A stretch of 64,000 nt of DNA, taken from Euprymna scolopes. Lineage: Eukaryota. Below the pieces are notes generated by a model. That model saw nothing but the letters and a program-made list of their open reading frames with translations. It made no database searches and was not told the origin of the DNA. The position numbers and the translations under genes were made by a program. The stretch is taken from assembly GCA_053919585.1 (NCBI GenBank), contig CM132808.1. One strand, written 5' to 3'. Of the stretch, positions 51,520 through 63,530 are shown piece after piece (position 1 is the stretch's first letter; the number at the start of each line of letters is the position of its first letter).

Positions 51520-52770
51520 AATGTATATTCGTTGAAGCATTTTTATTCTCGAAGTGTTCGCGTTTTTTTTTTAACTTTTAACTTTTCGTGTAATCATCTC
51601 AACGTCTTCAGCAATGTTTGTGAGAGGCTCGGTGGAGTTGTGTGGGGAGATTTATTTAAATATTTGTTGGCTTGCGAGCAAAGATGAAAGTGAGGGTCGG
51701 TGGGCCTGCTGGCGGTGTTGAGAGTGTTAGTATCATGGGGAACGAGTGAGCATGCCAGTTCTTGGGTCAGTGGCAGGAACAGGTTGTCCGCTTCAACAAC
51801 GGATTCCTCAATTATATTGTGACGAACACATAAATTATACGCTCAAGAAATTAAAAAACACCCCCAATACCAGTAATACACCACAACATTATAACTAATA
51901 CACCCGGGCTCTAAGTTAGAAGAAATCGCTATAAAAACAAACATCATCAATAGATACATTTCCCCCATTCAAAAGAATAACATTAAATTAATCATTTACT
52001 ATAAAAATTTAAAACCAAAAATAGATATAAAAAAACAATAACTATCCTTCTCTTAAACCACTTGTCACGTACCAACGTAGTCTATCAGTTTAAATTACCC
52101 TTGGAAGAATGTAACTTCTATAACAACAATGCAACTAATAGCTACGTCGGATATACAACTACCACACGATGTCGTCGCATTACATGCCATACTGTTGAAT
52201 CTAGTGCCATATTAAAATATTTACATTAAAAACATCATTACCTCCTCAAATTTCAGAGAAATTTTAATCAACTACACAAAATTACTACACCACGAAGCCA
52301 ATGTTAAGAAGTTAAAAACCCTTGAAACTATTCCTGTAAAAACGCAAAAACTTACCCTTAATTAAGTCGCATTCTGAAATAGTATCAATACACTTAAAGG
52401 CCTCGCATAATTCCTACCCCTCAAACCGTTCCTGCCACTAGCCCTAGAACTGGCAGGCTCTCTCGTTTCCAATGATACTAACGCCCACAGCGCCACCAGC
52501 AAACCCAGTGGACTTCACCTCCACCTTCCCTCGCTAGGCAACAAATATTAAAATAGATCTACCCATAATGCCCACCGAGCCTCTCACACACATTCCTGAA
52601 GACGTTGAGAGGAATACACGAAAAGTTAAGTTAAAAGAACGGACACTTCCAGAAGAAAACATTCTTAGACCATACACCCATACCTTCGACGTATATACAA
52701 AGAAGATAACACAAAAACTTAAAAAAACGATATTACAAAAGAAGCTTCCTGTTGTATTTAACAAGGTCTG
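51520..52770 (+). mobile_element. 5'-truncated PLE with GIY-YIG remnant and inverted pseudo-LTRs
   Basis: ~52070-52230 reads TNVVYQFKLP..NSYVGYTTTT.CRR.T.H..SAI. Inverted arms ~51520-51787 and ~52420-52700 both carry CUGAAGA-C-GU..AC-GAAA. Confidence 0.85.
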
Positions 52771-52915
52771 TTTNNNNNNNNNNNNNNNNNNNNNNNNNNN
52801 NNNNNNNNNNNNNNNNNNNNNNNNNNNNNNNNNNNNNNNNNNNNNNNNNNNNNNNNNNNNNNNNNNNNNNNNNNNNNNNNNNNNNNNNNNNNNNNNNNNN
52901 NNNNNNNNNNNNNNN

Positions 52916-53216
52916 TGTTAAAAAACACTTTGAAATGAGTTAAAAACATATTTAATCTGAAAAGGAAACACTAGAAAAATGGATAGTCCCTAATCCGCGG
53001 AGTTTCGAAGAAATACTCTCCTTCCCATGAAGGGGGAGGAATCAGCAAAATGCGGGATCGGATTTTGCATGCAGAAGTATTTGATGAAACAACAAATAAG
53101 TCAAAGATCTTACCTGAGAACAAAATAAGTTAAGCAGAGGGAATATGATAAAGAAAAAGGTGATTACACATGCATGGATAGTCTGGTGGAAGATAAAAAA
53201 TCCAGTGACGGTAAAA
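52916..53216 (-). mobile_element. PLE-type pseudo-LTR (copy of 4545-4890), interrupted by the CR1 insertion; continues at 56775
   Basis: Reverse complement of 4600-4890. The homology resumes at 56775-56828 (AAATGTAAA..CAAGAAA..ATTCG.ACAAGTAAAAT). Confidence 0.8.
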
Positions 53217-56200
53217 TGGAGAGTAGATAATACAGTGGATGTGTTATCGGCAGCTCCAGTAACTCTCGCTTTTCCTATTTTGTCATTCAGTCCTCATTCA
53301 ATGAGTGATGTTTCTGACAAAGGGTGAAGAAAAAGCTGCTTAAAGGTCGGTACTACTTGGTGACCAGTAGTCTGAGATGTCGGATATTTTTCTGTCTTTG
53401 TCTGTCCTTGTTGCCATGTCACTAGTAAGGGTGCTGGAGGTAAACGTTTTGTCTGGGCTGACGTTATCCGCCTGATAGTCAGGGACCCGAACCTTGGATT
53501 AACCACTAAGGAGGCTGTCCTATCAGCAGGCGCAAAGTACTGGGACTGCTGTATTGCCATTTGGTGAGTGGATCTGGACCATGCAGTAGTCTCTGGTGGG
53601 GCCTCTCGATGCCATACTAGTGGGTAATTGTTACGGCTTTAACTTTTCGTGTGGTAAAAAAAAATCCTGTCCTTTTCTTTCTTACTTTCCCTCTCTGTAC
53701 TGCTCTAACCAAGTATGCCGACCTATTCCACAAATCGCAAGACCTCAACATGAAATATTTCTATAATAAAAACTCGATTAAACCTAGAACCCCATCTCTC
53801 AACGTAGACCCCTACTACCAGGTCTCCTTCTCCAACATCAGGGGTCTACGTTCCAACCTTCCAGAGGTTGAAAGTCAATTACAGGAGACGAAACCGAACA
53901 TATTATTTCTAAGTGAAACTGGAATAGGGCCGACCACTTCCCTAGATGAGTTCATAATTAACGGATACTCTAACTTAACAGCTAAATCTGACCCCCAAGA
54001 TCGCCATGGGCATGGAATATTTGCCTACATTACGGATGGCTTTCCGTGTGGCAGGGATATCTCTAGAGAAGATCCTAATTTACCCTATATGTGCTTCAGG
54101 GTTGAACTTGCTAACCCCACCGCATTTATATTTGCCCTCTATCGGCCCCACAACAGCGGAGTTATTATCTCTAAGAGCATATCTGAGAAAATAGACCACA
54201 TCCTGTCTGCAAATCTCTCGGCTAACATCCACATCTGTGGTGACTTCAACGTCCATAACGTGGAATGGCTGACCCATTCAAATAAGACAGATGATGAGGG
54301 GAGGTTTTGTCATGATTTTGCCATTGCTTATGACCTCACTCAGATTGTTCGCGAACCCACCCGTGTGCCCGATACACCCAATCAATATGCAAGCCTCTTA
54401 GACTTTTTTCTTTCAACTTCCCCTGAGCTATGTTACTGTACCGTTCATTCTCCTTTAGGATCCTCCGACCACTCCGTCGTATCAGTTAAGATAAAAACAA
54501 AATGTAAGAAGCCATCAGACGTACCCCTCCACCGTACTGTATACCGATACTCTATGGCTGACTGGGATAGCTTCCGTACATTCATATCTGATTTACCTCT
54601 GCACTCCATGTTTAAAAAGGAAGTGTCCTCTATAGTATCAGATCTGACCGAATGGTTAATTGTAGGCATAGACCAATTCATACCATCAAAAAAATTCCAA
54701 CAAAAACCTAACAGCCAGCCATGGTTCTCCCCAGAATGTGCTGCTGCTATCGCGCACAGAAATCACTTTTTCCATAACTACCAACGTAATAGATGCACTG
54801 AGACTAAAGCTGCTTTCAGGACTGCCAGCAACCACTGTAAAAGAGTAATAAAAAATGCAAGAGAGCTATATGCCCAGTCTGTTAAATCCAAGGTAGCTGA
54901 TCAGCGGCTTGGTTCCCACCAGTTTTGGCAAATAACAAATAGGATCCTGAACAGAAGTGTGCGTTCTATCCCAACCATTATCAATGGACCAGAGGTTATC
55001 TCGTCAGCGTCAGACAAGGCCAAACTATTTGCAAAGAACTTTGCAGCTAATTCTACCCTATGCGACGAAGGCCATCAACTCCCCATATTTCCTCCTATAA
55101 CACAGAACAAGCTAGGTAACATACAAATATCCGTGCATGAGGTCGCCAAGCTAATAAAAAACCTAGATTCCAGTAAAGCAACTGGCCCTGATAGCATCCC
55201 AATTATAGTGTTAAAAAAGCTTCAACCAGAACTTGCTCCCATACTTACGAAACTATTTAAGCGCTGCCTTAAGGAGAAGTGCTTTCCGACCCACTGGAAG
55301 ACCTCATCAGTTTGCCCTGTATTTAAGAATTCAGGTGATAAGTCATCTCCCTCTCAATACAGACCAATAAGTCTTCTCTGTGTTATGAGTAAGTTACTGG
55401 AATCAATATTAAATAGAGAAATAGTCAACCACCTCAGCAGAAACAACCTTCTTAGTGACACACAATATGGTTTCCGCTCTGCAAGATCTACCGCAGATGT
55501 GCTGACGGTTATATCCCACAGGATTAGTGAATCTCTTGACAAAGGCTTTCTTTCTAGGGCAATTGCTCTTGACATATCAAAGGCCTTTGACAAAGTATGG
55601 CATAAGGGTCTACTTCACAAGATTTCCCGCTACGGTATAACTGGAAATGTTTTCTCAATCATTAAATCATTTCTCTCCGATAGGCTCATAAGAGTAGTGG
55701 TAGATGGACAAAAATCGGAGGCCTGCAATATAAATGCTGGAGTCCCTCAGGGGTCAATCCTCGGCCCAACTCTCTTCCTGATCTACATCAATGACCTCCC
55801 TAAACACATACTTAAATCATTCGTTGACATCTATGCTGATGACACGACCATCTACGGCAACACATCAAAGGCTGTAAATGACAAAGTTCTCTCTGATTCT
55901 CTCTCCTCTGATCTCGAGCGCGTGGTTCAGTGGGGGAAGATGTGGCTAGTTACCTTTAATGCATCTAAAACCAAACTCCTATCCTTACATCATCAACGCT
56001 CTGATCCCCAGCTGGCATCAATTGTGATGGATGGCTCTCGTCTGGGTGAGGCCCCGTGTTTTGACAAGCTTCTGGGTTTGACCTTTACTCCTGATCTGAA
56101 ATGGAACACGTACATCAAGTCTGTTGCCAACGTCGCAGGAAAGATGGTGGGATCCTTCTACCGCTCCAGAAGATATCTCACTACTGATGCAATTCTCTAT

Positions 56201-56774
56201 CTATATAAAAGCCAAGTACGGCCAAGGATGGAATACTGTTGCCATATCTGGGCAGGAGCTGCCAAAAACAGCCTATCATGCCTTGACAGAGTACAAAATA
56301 GACTTCGTGGTTTAGTGGGGGATGCCCTTTTCTCTACCCTGCAACCCCTCTCCCACAGAAGAGACGTTGCGAGCCTATCCTTGTTTTATCGTTATTTTCA
56401 TGGCAGGTGCTCGTCTGAACTCCAATCCCTGGTCCCCCTCGCCAAACTTTCACGAAAAACACCCGTCTAGCTGAATCCACTGTTAAAAATTTCCCCCACT
56501 CTATATCTGTGCCTAAATCAAAACGCGGATTTCATGAGCAAAGCTTCTTTCTTAGAACTGCACGCCTGTGGAACTCTGTTCCGTCTGCCTGCTTCCCTCC
56601 GGACTACAACTTGGATGTCTTCAAGTCTAATGTTAACAAATTCCTAATGAACCGCCCCCCTAATTAAACACTTCATAAAATCTCCTCACTAACGTGATGT
56701 ACTTGCAATAACCCTTATCCCTGAGTGGCTTCCGGGCCTTGATAAGTGGTGATCACTGTGTAAAAAAAAAAAAA
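53217..56774 (+). mobile_element. Full-length single-ORF CR1-clade (Zenon-like) non-LTR retrotransposon
   Basis: Both boundaries are defined by the interrupted host repeat. Contains a ~530-nt leader, an APE+RT ORF, a 3' stem-loop and an A13 tail. Confidence 0.92.
53750..56470 (+). CDS. Apurinic-like endonuclease + reverse transcriptase; native stop probably 56667 (1-nt frameshift at 56434-56438)
   Basis: APE motifs SNIRGL, LSET, GDFN, LLD, SDH. RT motifs YRPISLL, QYGFR, LDISKAFDKV, GVPQGSILGP, YADD. First in-frame ATG is at 53750. Confidence 0.95.
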   Translation: MKYFYNKNSIKPRTPSLNVDPYYQVSFSNIRGLRSNLPEVESQLQETKPNILFLSETGIGPTTSLDEFIINGYSNLTAKSDPQDRHGHGIFAYITDGFPCGRDISREDPNLPYMCFRVELANPTAFIFALYRPHNSGVIISKSISEKIDHILSANLSANIHICGDFNVHNVEWLTHSNKTDDEGRFCHDFAIAYDLTQIVREPTRVPDTPNQYASLLDFFLSTSPELCYCTVHSPLGSSDHSVVSVKIKTKCKKPSDVPLHRTVYRYSMADWDSFRTFISDLPLHSMFKKEVSSIVSDLTEWLIVGIDQFIPSKKFQQKPNSQPWFSPECAAAIAHRNHFFHNYQRNRCTETKAAFRTASNHCKRVIKNARELYAQSVKSKVADQRLGSHQFWQITNRILNRSVRSIPTIINGPEVISSASDKAKLFAKNFAANSTLCDEGHQLPIFPPITQNKLGNIQISVHEVAKLIKNLDSSKATGPDSIPIIVLKKLQPELAPILTKLFKRCLKEKCFPTHWKTSSVCPVFKNSGDKSSPSQYRPISLLCVMSKLLESILNREIVNHLSRNNLLSDTQYGFRSARSTADVLTVISHRISESLDKGFLSRAIALDISKAFDKVWHKGLLHKISRYGITGNVFSIIKSFLSDRLIRVVVDGQKSEACNINAGVPQGSILGPTLFLIYINDLPKHILKSFVDIYADDTTIYGNTSKAVNDKVLSDSLSSDLERVVQWGKMWLVTFNASKTKLLSLHHQRSDPQLASIVMDGSRLGEAPCFDKLLGLTFTPDLKWNTYIKSVANVAGKMVGSFYRSRRYLTTDAILYLYKSQVRPRMEYCCHIWAGAAKNSLSCLDRVQNRLRGLVGDALFSTLQPLSHRRDVASLSLFYRYFHGRCSSELQSLVPLAKLSRKTPV

Positions 56775-57751
56775 CTCAAATGTAAAACTTCAAGAAAGTT
56801 AAAAGAATTTCCATTCGTACAAGTAAAATCCAAAGACATCCCGTAATTGGAAGAAGATGGTCCATAATAATCCAAAGGCAGATATCCATGGAATAATTCA
56901 CAAACATGTGTACAAGGAAAAAATAATATTAATAAAAGAAAACTAAGGTGTGCTTTTCACTCTACTTTCGAGACATAACTATAAATAAAAAAGATCTAGG
57001 AAGAAAAAGGAGAGAGAAAAAAATGATAAAGTTAAATATAAAATAAAGGGAAACAGAAGTCAAAACGACCCAGACAGGAAATGTTAAAGTCGCGAAAATA
57101 TATATAGGGCAAAATAATATAGGTCAACTTAAATGTACAGGTTATCACTTAAAAAAATGTCAGCAAGAGTTATTAAACGNNNNNNNNNNNNNNNNNNNNN
57201 NNNNNNNNNNNNNNNNNNNNNNNNNNNNNNNNNNNNNNNNNNNNNNNNNNNNNNNNNNNNNNNNNNNNNNNNNNNNNNNNNNNNNNNNNNNNNNNNNNNN
57301 NNNNNNNNNNNNNNNNNNNNNNNNNNNNNNNNNNNTAAAATAAGAAAAGTATAAAGATAAAAAATAAAAATTATTTAAGGGGAGAAGATGGTCGGTATCT
57401 GAAATTTCAGGAAAAAAATTAAGTAAATGCATATAGTAAAATTTAAGTAAATATGCATACAAGATATGAAATTGTGGGTAGATTGATATATTAGATAGAT
57501 AGGAAAGTTTAAAGAATAAAACAGAAAATGCAGATAAAAAACCGGCCATGCAAAGAAGAGATAAAGAATTAAAATAAAGGATCATTAAATTATAAAGTAT
57601 TAAGAAAAAACGAAAAAGTTAAAGAAAAATATTTTATATCTATATAAAAGTTAAAAGTAATTACTATGTAATTTCAAAATTGCCATAATTAAATTTGGAC
57701 TTATGTTTACAGAAAGAGATCAGTTCATTTTTAAAATATATTATATTGTTA

Positions 57752-57844
<93 letters not shown>

Positions 57845-58111
57845 AAAAGACAGCAAAAGATAGAAAGAGACAGCAGCGATGAAAAAGGAAGGAAATACAT
57901 GTAAGTGAAGAGAATATGCAGACAAACTAAATAAGAGCAAAAGGATATATATATATATATATATATAATAAGTAGTAAGTTATAAAATATATATGGTAGT
58001 TAACTTACTACTTAGCTCTACCTACATATTGAGCAATGTTTAAGTAAATACTTAAAGTTTACGCTTAAATCTATACTTTTGTATATTAATTTATGTGATT
58101 AAATGAAGTAA

Positions 58112-58165
<54 letters not shown>

Positions 58166-58198
58166 AAGACATCAGCTCGTTCGAACACTTTAGCTTGC

Positions 58199-58357
58199 CT
58201 AGCGTCTTTTCGCTCCTAAGGCTATTGTTTGATTCCTCGGTTGTAAAGGCTTTCCAAATAAAGTCGATTGTGCTTTCGTCACTGGGTTGGTATCTCGCGA
58301 CCAGAAAGAATTTGCAACCTTCCACACTGATGATTGTTAAATATGAAACACCACTGC
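58199..58357 (-). other. Candidate host exon (159 nt)
   Basis: Acceptor TTCTCTCATACTTACAG|G, an open frame SGVSYLTIISVEGCKFFLVARYQPSDESTIDFIWKAF.., and a possible GC donor TAG|GCAAG. Unique sequence between microsatellite and gap. Peptide not recognised. Confidence 0.3.
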
Positions 58358-60594
58358 CTGTAAGTATGAGAGAATAATTATNNNNNNNNNNNNNNNNNNN
58401 NNNNNNNNNNNNNNNNNNNNNNNNNNNNNNNNNNNNNNNNNNNNNNNNNNNNNNNNNNNNNNNNNNNNNNNNNNNNNNNNNNNNNNNNNNNNNNNNNNNN
58501 NNNNNNNNNNNNNNNNNNNNNNNNNNNNNNNNNNNNNTTTTTTAATCTTTTTTATACTTTTTTACATTTACATTTAATGTTGGCGATTTAAATTACTTAC
58601 ATGTTTTCCTACGATTAGCTAGATTTTAATCATGTTGCTTATCTTGTACGCGTATGTTTTCGACTATGAGAGATATAGAGCGAGCGAGTGAGAGAGTGTG
58701 TGTGTGTGTGTGTGTGCGGAGAAGAATATATAGAGAGAAAGAGAGAGACAGAGACAGAGAGAGAGGTCATGCAAACTGGGTAATGGTACATATAATCAGA
58801 CCCTAACTTTCAAACACACCGGCACGTCTGTCGATTGAATTATGGAAGCACAAAATGTATACAATACTTTCGCTGTTCTTCCAAACTGCTTAGTTATATA
58901 TTTGAGCTAAATATTAAGATATCTTTTGTTAATTATACTGTTTCAAGCATAGTTACGTTTTATTTTAAATGTACTTTATTTAAACCTGCGATATATATGA
59001 CGCTTGCCGCCGATTTAAAAAAAATTTTTCGGCAATATCATCTACTGGATTCGTACTTAATTTGTTGTCTGAATTTAATGTTTTTTTTAAATATGTGTAT
59101 TTTTATAGTTAACTCTATTTTATGTTTATGCTTTTCTATAATAAAAATATTTTAAAAAATGCGTAAACTTCTTTATTTTTTAATCGCATGCATTTTCAAA
59201 TAGCTGTTTATTTAAATGAATATGTTATATTTGTCAAACTGTTTAGATATTTTAGATGGTATTGCTGAATCATTTATTTATAAAACGGCGACGATCGGAA
59301 TAAATTGCGCAAGTTGTAAAAACGAATTATTAAATAAAGTATATTCAAATAAAGAACATTAAAAATGTAACTATATTTAAAAAAAATAAAACGTAAAAAT
59401 GTTTGAAAAATATATAAACAAAAATATCTTAATATTCTGACCAAATATACAAGCACGTAAGCAGTTTTGAAATATAGCGAAACTAATGTAGCGATTTTGT
59501 GCTTTCATAATTCAATTGACAGACCTGCAGGCGTGTTTGAAAGTAAGGGTCACGTTTTATGCACCATTACCGAATTTTACACCGATTACCTATGCTACAG
59601 TTTTAACGTAAATTTCATCACACAGCCAAAAAATATTTGTTATATAATTGTTTTTTCACCATTTCTGTGGAGTATTTTATTTAGTTTCTTTTTTTTTTTT
59701 TTTTACAGAACAGATTCTCAAGATTGCGCACACGTTAATTTTTTTGTTGGGGTAAATATGTACATTAGGTCAACCTTCATAATTTTCTTTAAAATGACGA
59801 CTTATATAGGTGTTCGACTATGCTGAATAAATTAAATCACATTCAAATTTTGCGGAGACAAGTACTTATAGAGATATAAAGACCTGTATCATGCACTGTA
59901 ATTCACTGACTTTCAGTTTGTTACCACATGCTATAAAGACATCTACTTCTCTCCTACCTACACTGTCACCTCCTATTTTTAAACATTTTCAGTGGGTATG
60001 CTGACAAATACTATCATGATAAAATTTGAGGAAATTATTCCACCCCAAAAAAGGTTGTCGACTCCGAAAGCTATTCTTTACATAGGAATGTTGTGGTTGT
60101 CTATTCGAAACACATTTATAAACATTTATATGTTGGTTCTATCTATTCCGAAAGCCGGTCTTAACATGGGGAATTTTGGATGTTTATTCCAAAAGCCGTT
60201 CTTAACATGACAATACTCAAAGAAGTAAAGTGAAAAAAGTCGAACTTGTTTTCTTTTACACGTTTAAAAAAGACGACATGAAACTGGAACTTAATTTAAT
60301 ACTATTTAATACATCTTAACCTTCTGTTTTTAGTTTCCATTAATATTCTAATGGATCATTTTTGGTAGTTTTATTAATTCATACTAATTTAAGCATTCCC
60401 TTAATTGTTTTTAATACAAGAATACCTGCATGTTAGCGCTTTAAACCAGCACTAATTGCCAGTGAAAGCCAGATTATTTCATTTTGCTTATGGCCGCCAG
60501 TGTCTGCAATTGTTCAGAAACGGCATTGGCCACCAACAACAACCGTAGTTTATTGTTTTTTCTAGGGGGTGGGACAGTTAACGGGTCCTGTTAG

Positions 60595-60642
<48 letters not shown>

Positions 60643-60739
60643 CTACTTCGTTTACTCACATGAATTAATATACGAAAGTATAAATTTATGCGTAACCTTT
60701 AAGTATTTACTTCAACAGTGCTCAATACGTATGTAGAGC

Positions 60740-60796
<57 letters not shown>

Positions 60797-60944
60797 GTGT
60801 GTATGTGTGTGTGTTTTTTGAAGCAGAGAAATACTGTAAAAACTGAAATATGAATTTGGGAATAAACAAAAAAGTTAATATCAAACGATAAATGTGTTTA
60901 AATGGAAGCGAATGGTGATTCATGAATTACAAAATAAATAAAAA

Positions 60945-61730
60945 ATAGAATTGCACAGTAAATACTTTTATATAAAAAAATTGAACGATAAATATTTTTA
61001 TGAAAAATAAAATTGCAGGATAAATATATTTATAAAAAATTAAATTGAACGATAAATATTTTTATATAAAAAAATGAACGATAAATATGTTTATAATACA
61101 TAAAATTGCACGATAAATATTTTTATAAAAAATAAAATTGAACGATAACTATTTTTATAAAAAATAAAATTTAACGATAAATATTTTTATAAAAAATAAA
61201 ATTGAACGATAAATATTTTCATAAAAAGTAAAATTGAACGATCAATAATTAAAACAAATAAAATTGAACGATAAATATCTTTATAAAAAATAAAATTGAT
61301 CGAAAAATATTTTTATATAAAAATAAAATTGATCGAAAAATATTTTTATAAAAAATAAAATTGAACGATAAATATTTTTTATAAAAAAAATGAACGATAA
61401 TTATTTTTTATAAAAAATAAAAGTTAACGATAAATATTTTTATAAAAAATAAAATTTGATGATAAATATTTTATAAAAAATTAAGTTGAGCGATAAATAT
61501 TTCTATAAAAATAAAATTTAACGATAAATATTTTTATAAAAATAAAATTGAACGATAACTATTTTTATAAAAAATAAAATTTAACGATAAATATTTTTAT
61601 AAAAAATAAAATTGAACGATAAATAGTTTTATAAAAAATAAAACTGAACGATAAATATTTTTGTAAAAAATAAGATTGAACGATAAATATTTTTATAAAA
61701 AATAAAATTGAATGATAAATATTTTTTAAT
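60945..61730. repeat. ~30-31-bp AT-rich tandem minisatellite, consensus AAAAAATAAAATTGAACGATAAATATTTTTAT
   Basis: About 25 head-to-tail units are visible. Confidence 0.95.
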
Positions 61731-62599
61731 GAAAATAGACAATGAAATCGTTTCATTGAAAAGGAACAATAAAAACTTTTTTTAATAGATCTAATAATAA
61801 AAGGTAAAACAATGAAAATTTTAAAAATAATTGCATTACAAAATTACAAGTGTATTAAACAATTCTTTATTTAAATGAAACTCATAGAAATATATGTCGG
61901 GCAATTTGATTAAGAATGAAGTTGAAAATTATACCGTAATTCTAGAGCGATATCTGCTCTGCACAATTACCAAACAATGAACAATTAATAAATTTAAATG
62001 TGTTATGAAAGCGAATTTTGTTGGCTCAAAAATTTCAAAACTAAATGAAAATAAAAAAAGGATGATGGGAGAAAAACTTTCAAATACAAATATTTTTATA
62101 TTTACACATTTGAATGACATTTTAAAAAATAGTATCCAAAAAACACTTCTTGGCAAACATAAGAAAATTTTAACATATATTTTACGCACAAATACGCAAA
62201 ATGATTCTAACGAAATTTAATGAATTTAAACTAGAAACTAAAGAAATAAAACCTAATATCATAAGTCATGATCGAAGCTATTTTTCTCTAATTTTATTGA
62301 CCCATATATCGAAAATATAAAATATCTCGAAAATATATAAACGATTCGCTATGAACAAAATATTATTAAGAAAACGAACTGCGAAAAATCTCATGCAACA
62401 TTAATTGTTTATCAAGTTTTAAATGAAATAAATATTCGTCTGTAAAAATGTTCTTGCAGAATTTTTAATTTTGATTTTAGATAATGTATTTTCAAAAAGG
62501 TTTTTCCTTATAAGACCATTTACTTTATATATGAATTTTAAAGAGCGTTTATCGCGCTATCTACTGGTTAAAATTACAATCGTTTTGAAACAATTATGT

Positions 62600-63530
62600 C
62601 TTCTTTTCAGAACGTTTGATACAAGATGGAAAAAAGCAAATTGCAGAACTTTCCTATTTCAATTTAAGTTAGGCTGAAATCCTGCTGAAACAGCCCGCGA
62701 TATCAACAAAGTATTTTACGCAGAAACCAGTACTGAACGCAATGCACAATGGTGATGTAAGAAGGTTCGTGGCTGCGAAAGAGTCTTTAAGATGATAAAC
62801 CTAGTGGTCGGCCATCAGATTTTGGCACCGATCAATAAAGAACTTTAGTATAATCCAATCCACATCTGTTTAAGAACTTGCGTCTGAATTAGTCATAATG
62901 TATACAATGGTTTCCAACCACTTGAGATGGATTGGAAAGATTAAAAATAAAAACAATTTATCAATTGATGCCTTACGAATTGAACGAAAACCAAAAGAAA
63001 CGCCGTTATGAAATGTCGTCTTCTCTTATTTTACGCAATAAGAATGACCCTGAGACGCTCAGCTCGGTGGTTACATACCGATGAAGCTTTACGACACTTT
63101 ACGAAGTCAGGGCTGCACCAAAAGAAGGCCCTGCTAACTGCTTCGTTGTCTGCGAATGATCTTATTCATTACAGTTTTTTATGAAAGCAAAATCATTCCG
63201 GCAGTGAAGGACTGTCAAAAAATGAATTAAATGCATCATAAACTCCGACAACAACATGCAGCATTAGTCTAAAAAATTCTTAATTCTTCTCCACGGCAAT
63301 GCCCCAGCGTACGCTGCTTTACCGACCCTGCACAAGTTAAACTAATTGGGCTACGAAACTCTGCCTTATCTGCCATACTCTCCAGGGTGTTAGAAATGTT
63401 CCAAAAGCAATATGCAATATCATAAACACCCACAACAACTTCATCGCTACAAGAATTTTACGTTACTGACATAAAAACACCTTTGCATGCGTAAAAGTGC
63501 GTTCGATTTGATAGTGTTTATTTCAATGAA
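62600..63530 (+). mobile_element. Decayed mariner (Mos1/Hsmar-like) transposase
   Basis: FLFQFKLG.NPAETARDINKVF, DKPSGRPS, PYELNENQKKRRYEM, LLHGNAPAY, LGYETLPYLPYSP. Confidence 0.9.

Noticed and set aside
53651-53749. Signal-peptide-like N-terminus (MVKKNPVLFFLTFPL) of the 939-aa ORF
   Set aside because: It starts at a GTG and translates the A-run and pyrimidine tract. The first in-frame ATG is at 53750.
60945-61730. Regularly spaced ~30-bp repeats as a possible CRISPR array
   Set aside because: Units are contiguous with no unique spacers, there are no cas genes, and the context is eukaryotic. It is a minisatellite.
61900-62480. Lys/Asn-rich ORF fragments, possibly a transposase
   Set aside because: No diagnostic motif was recognised.
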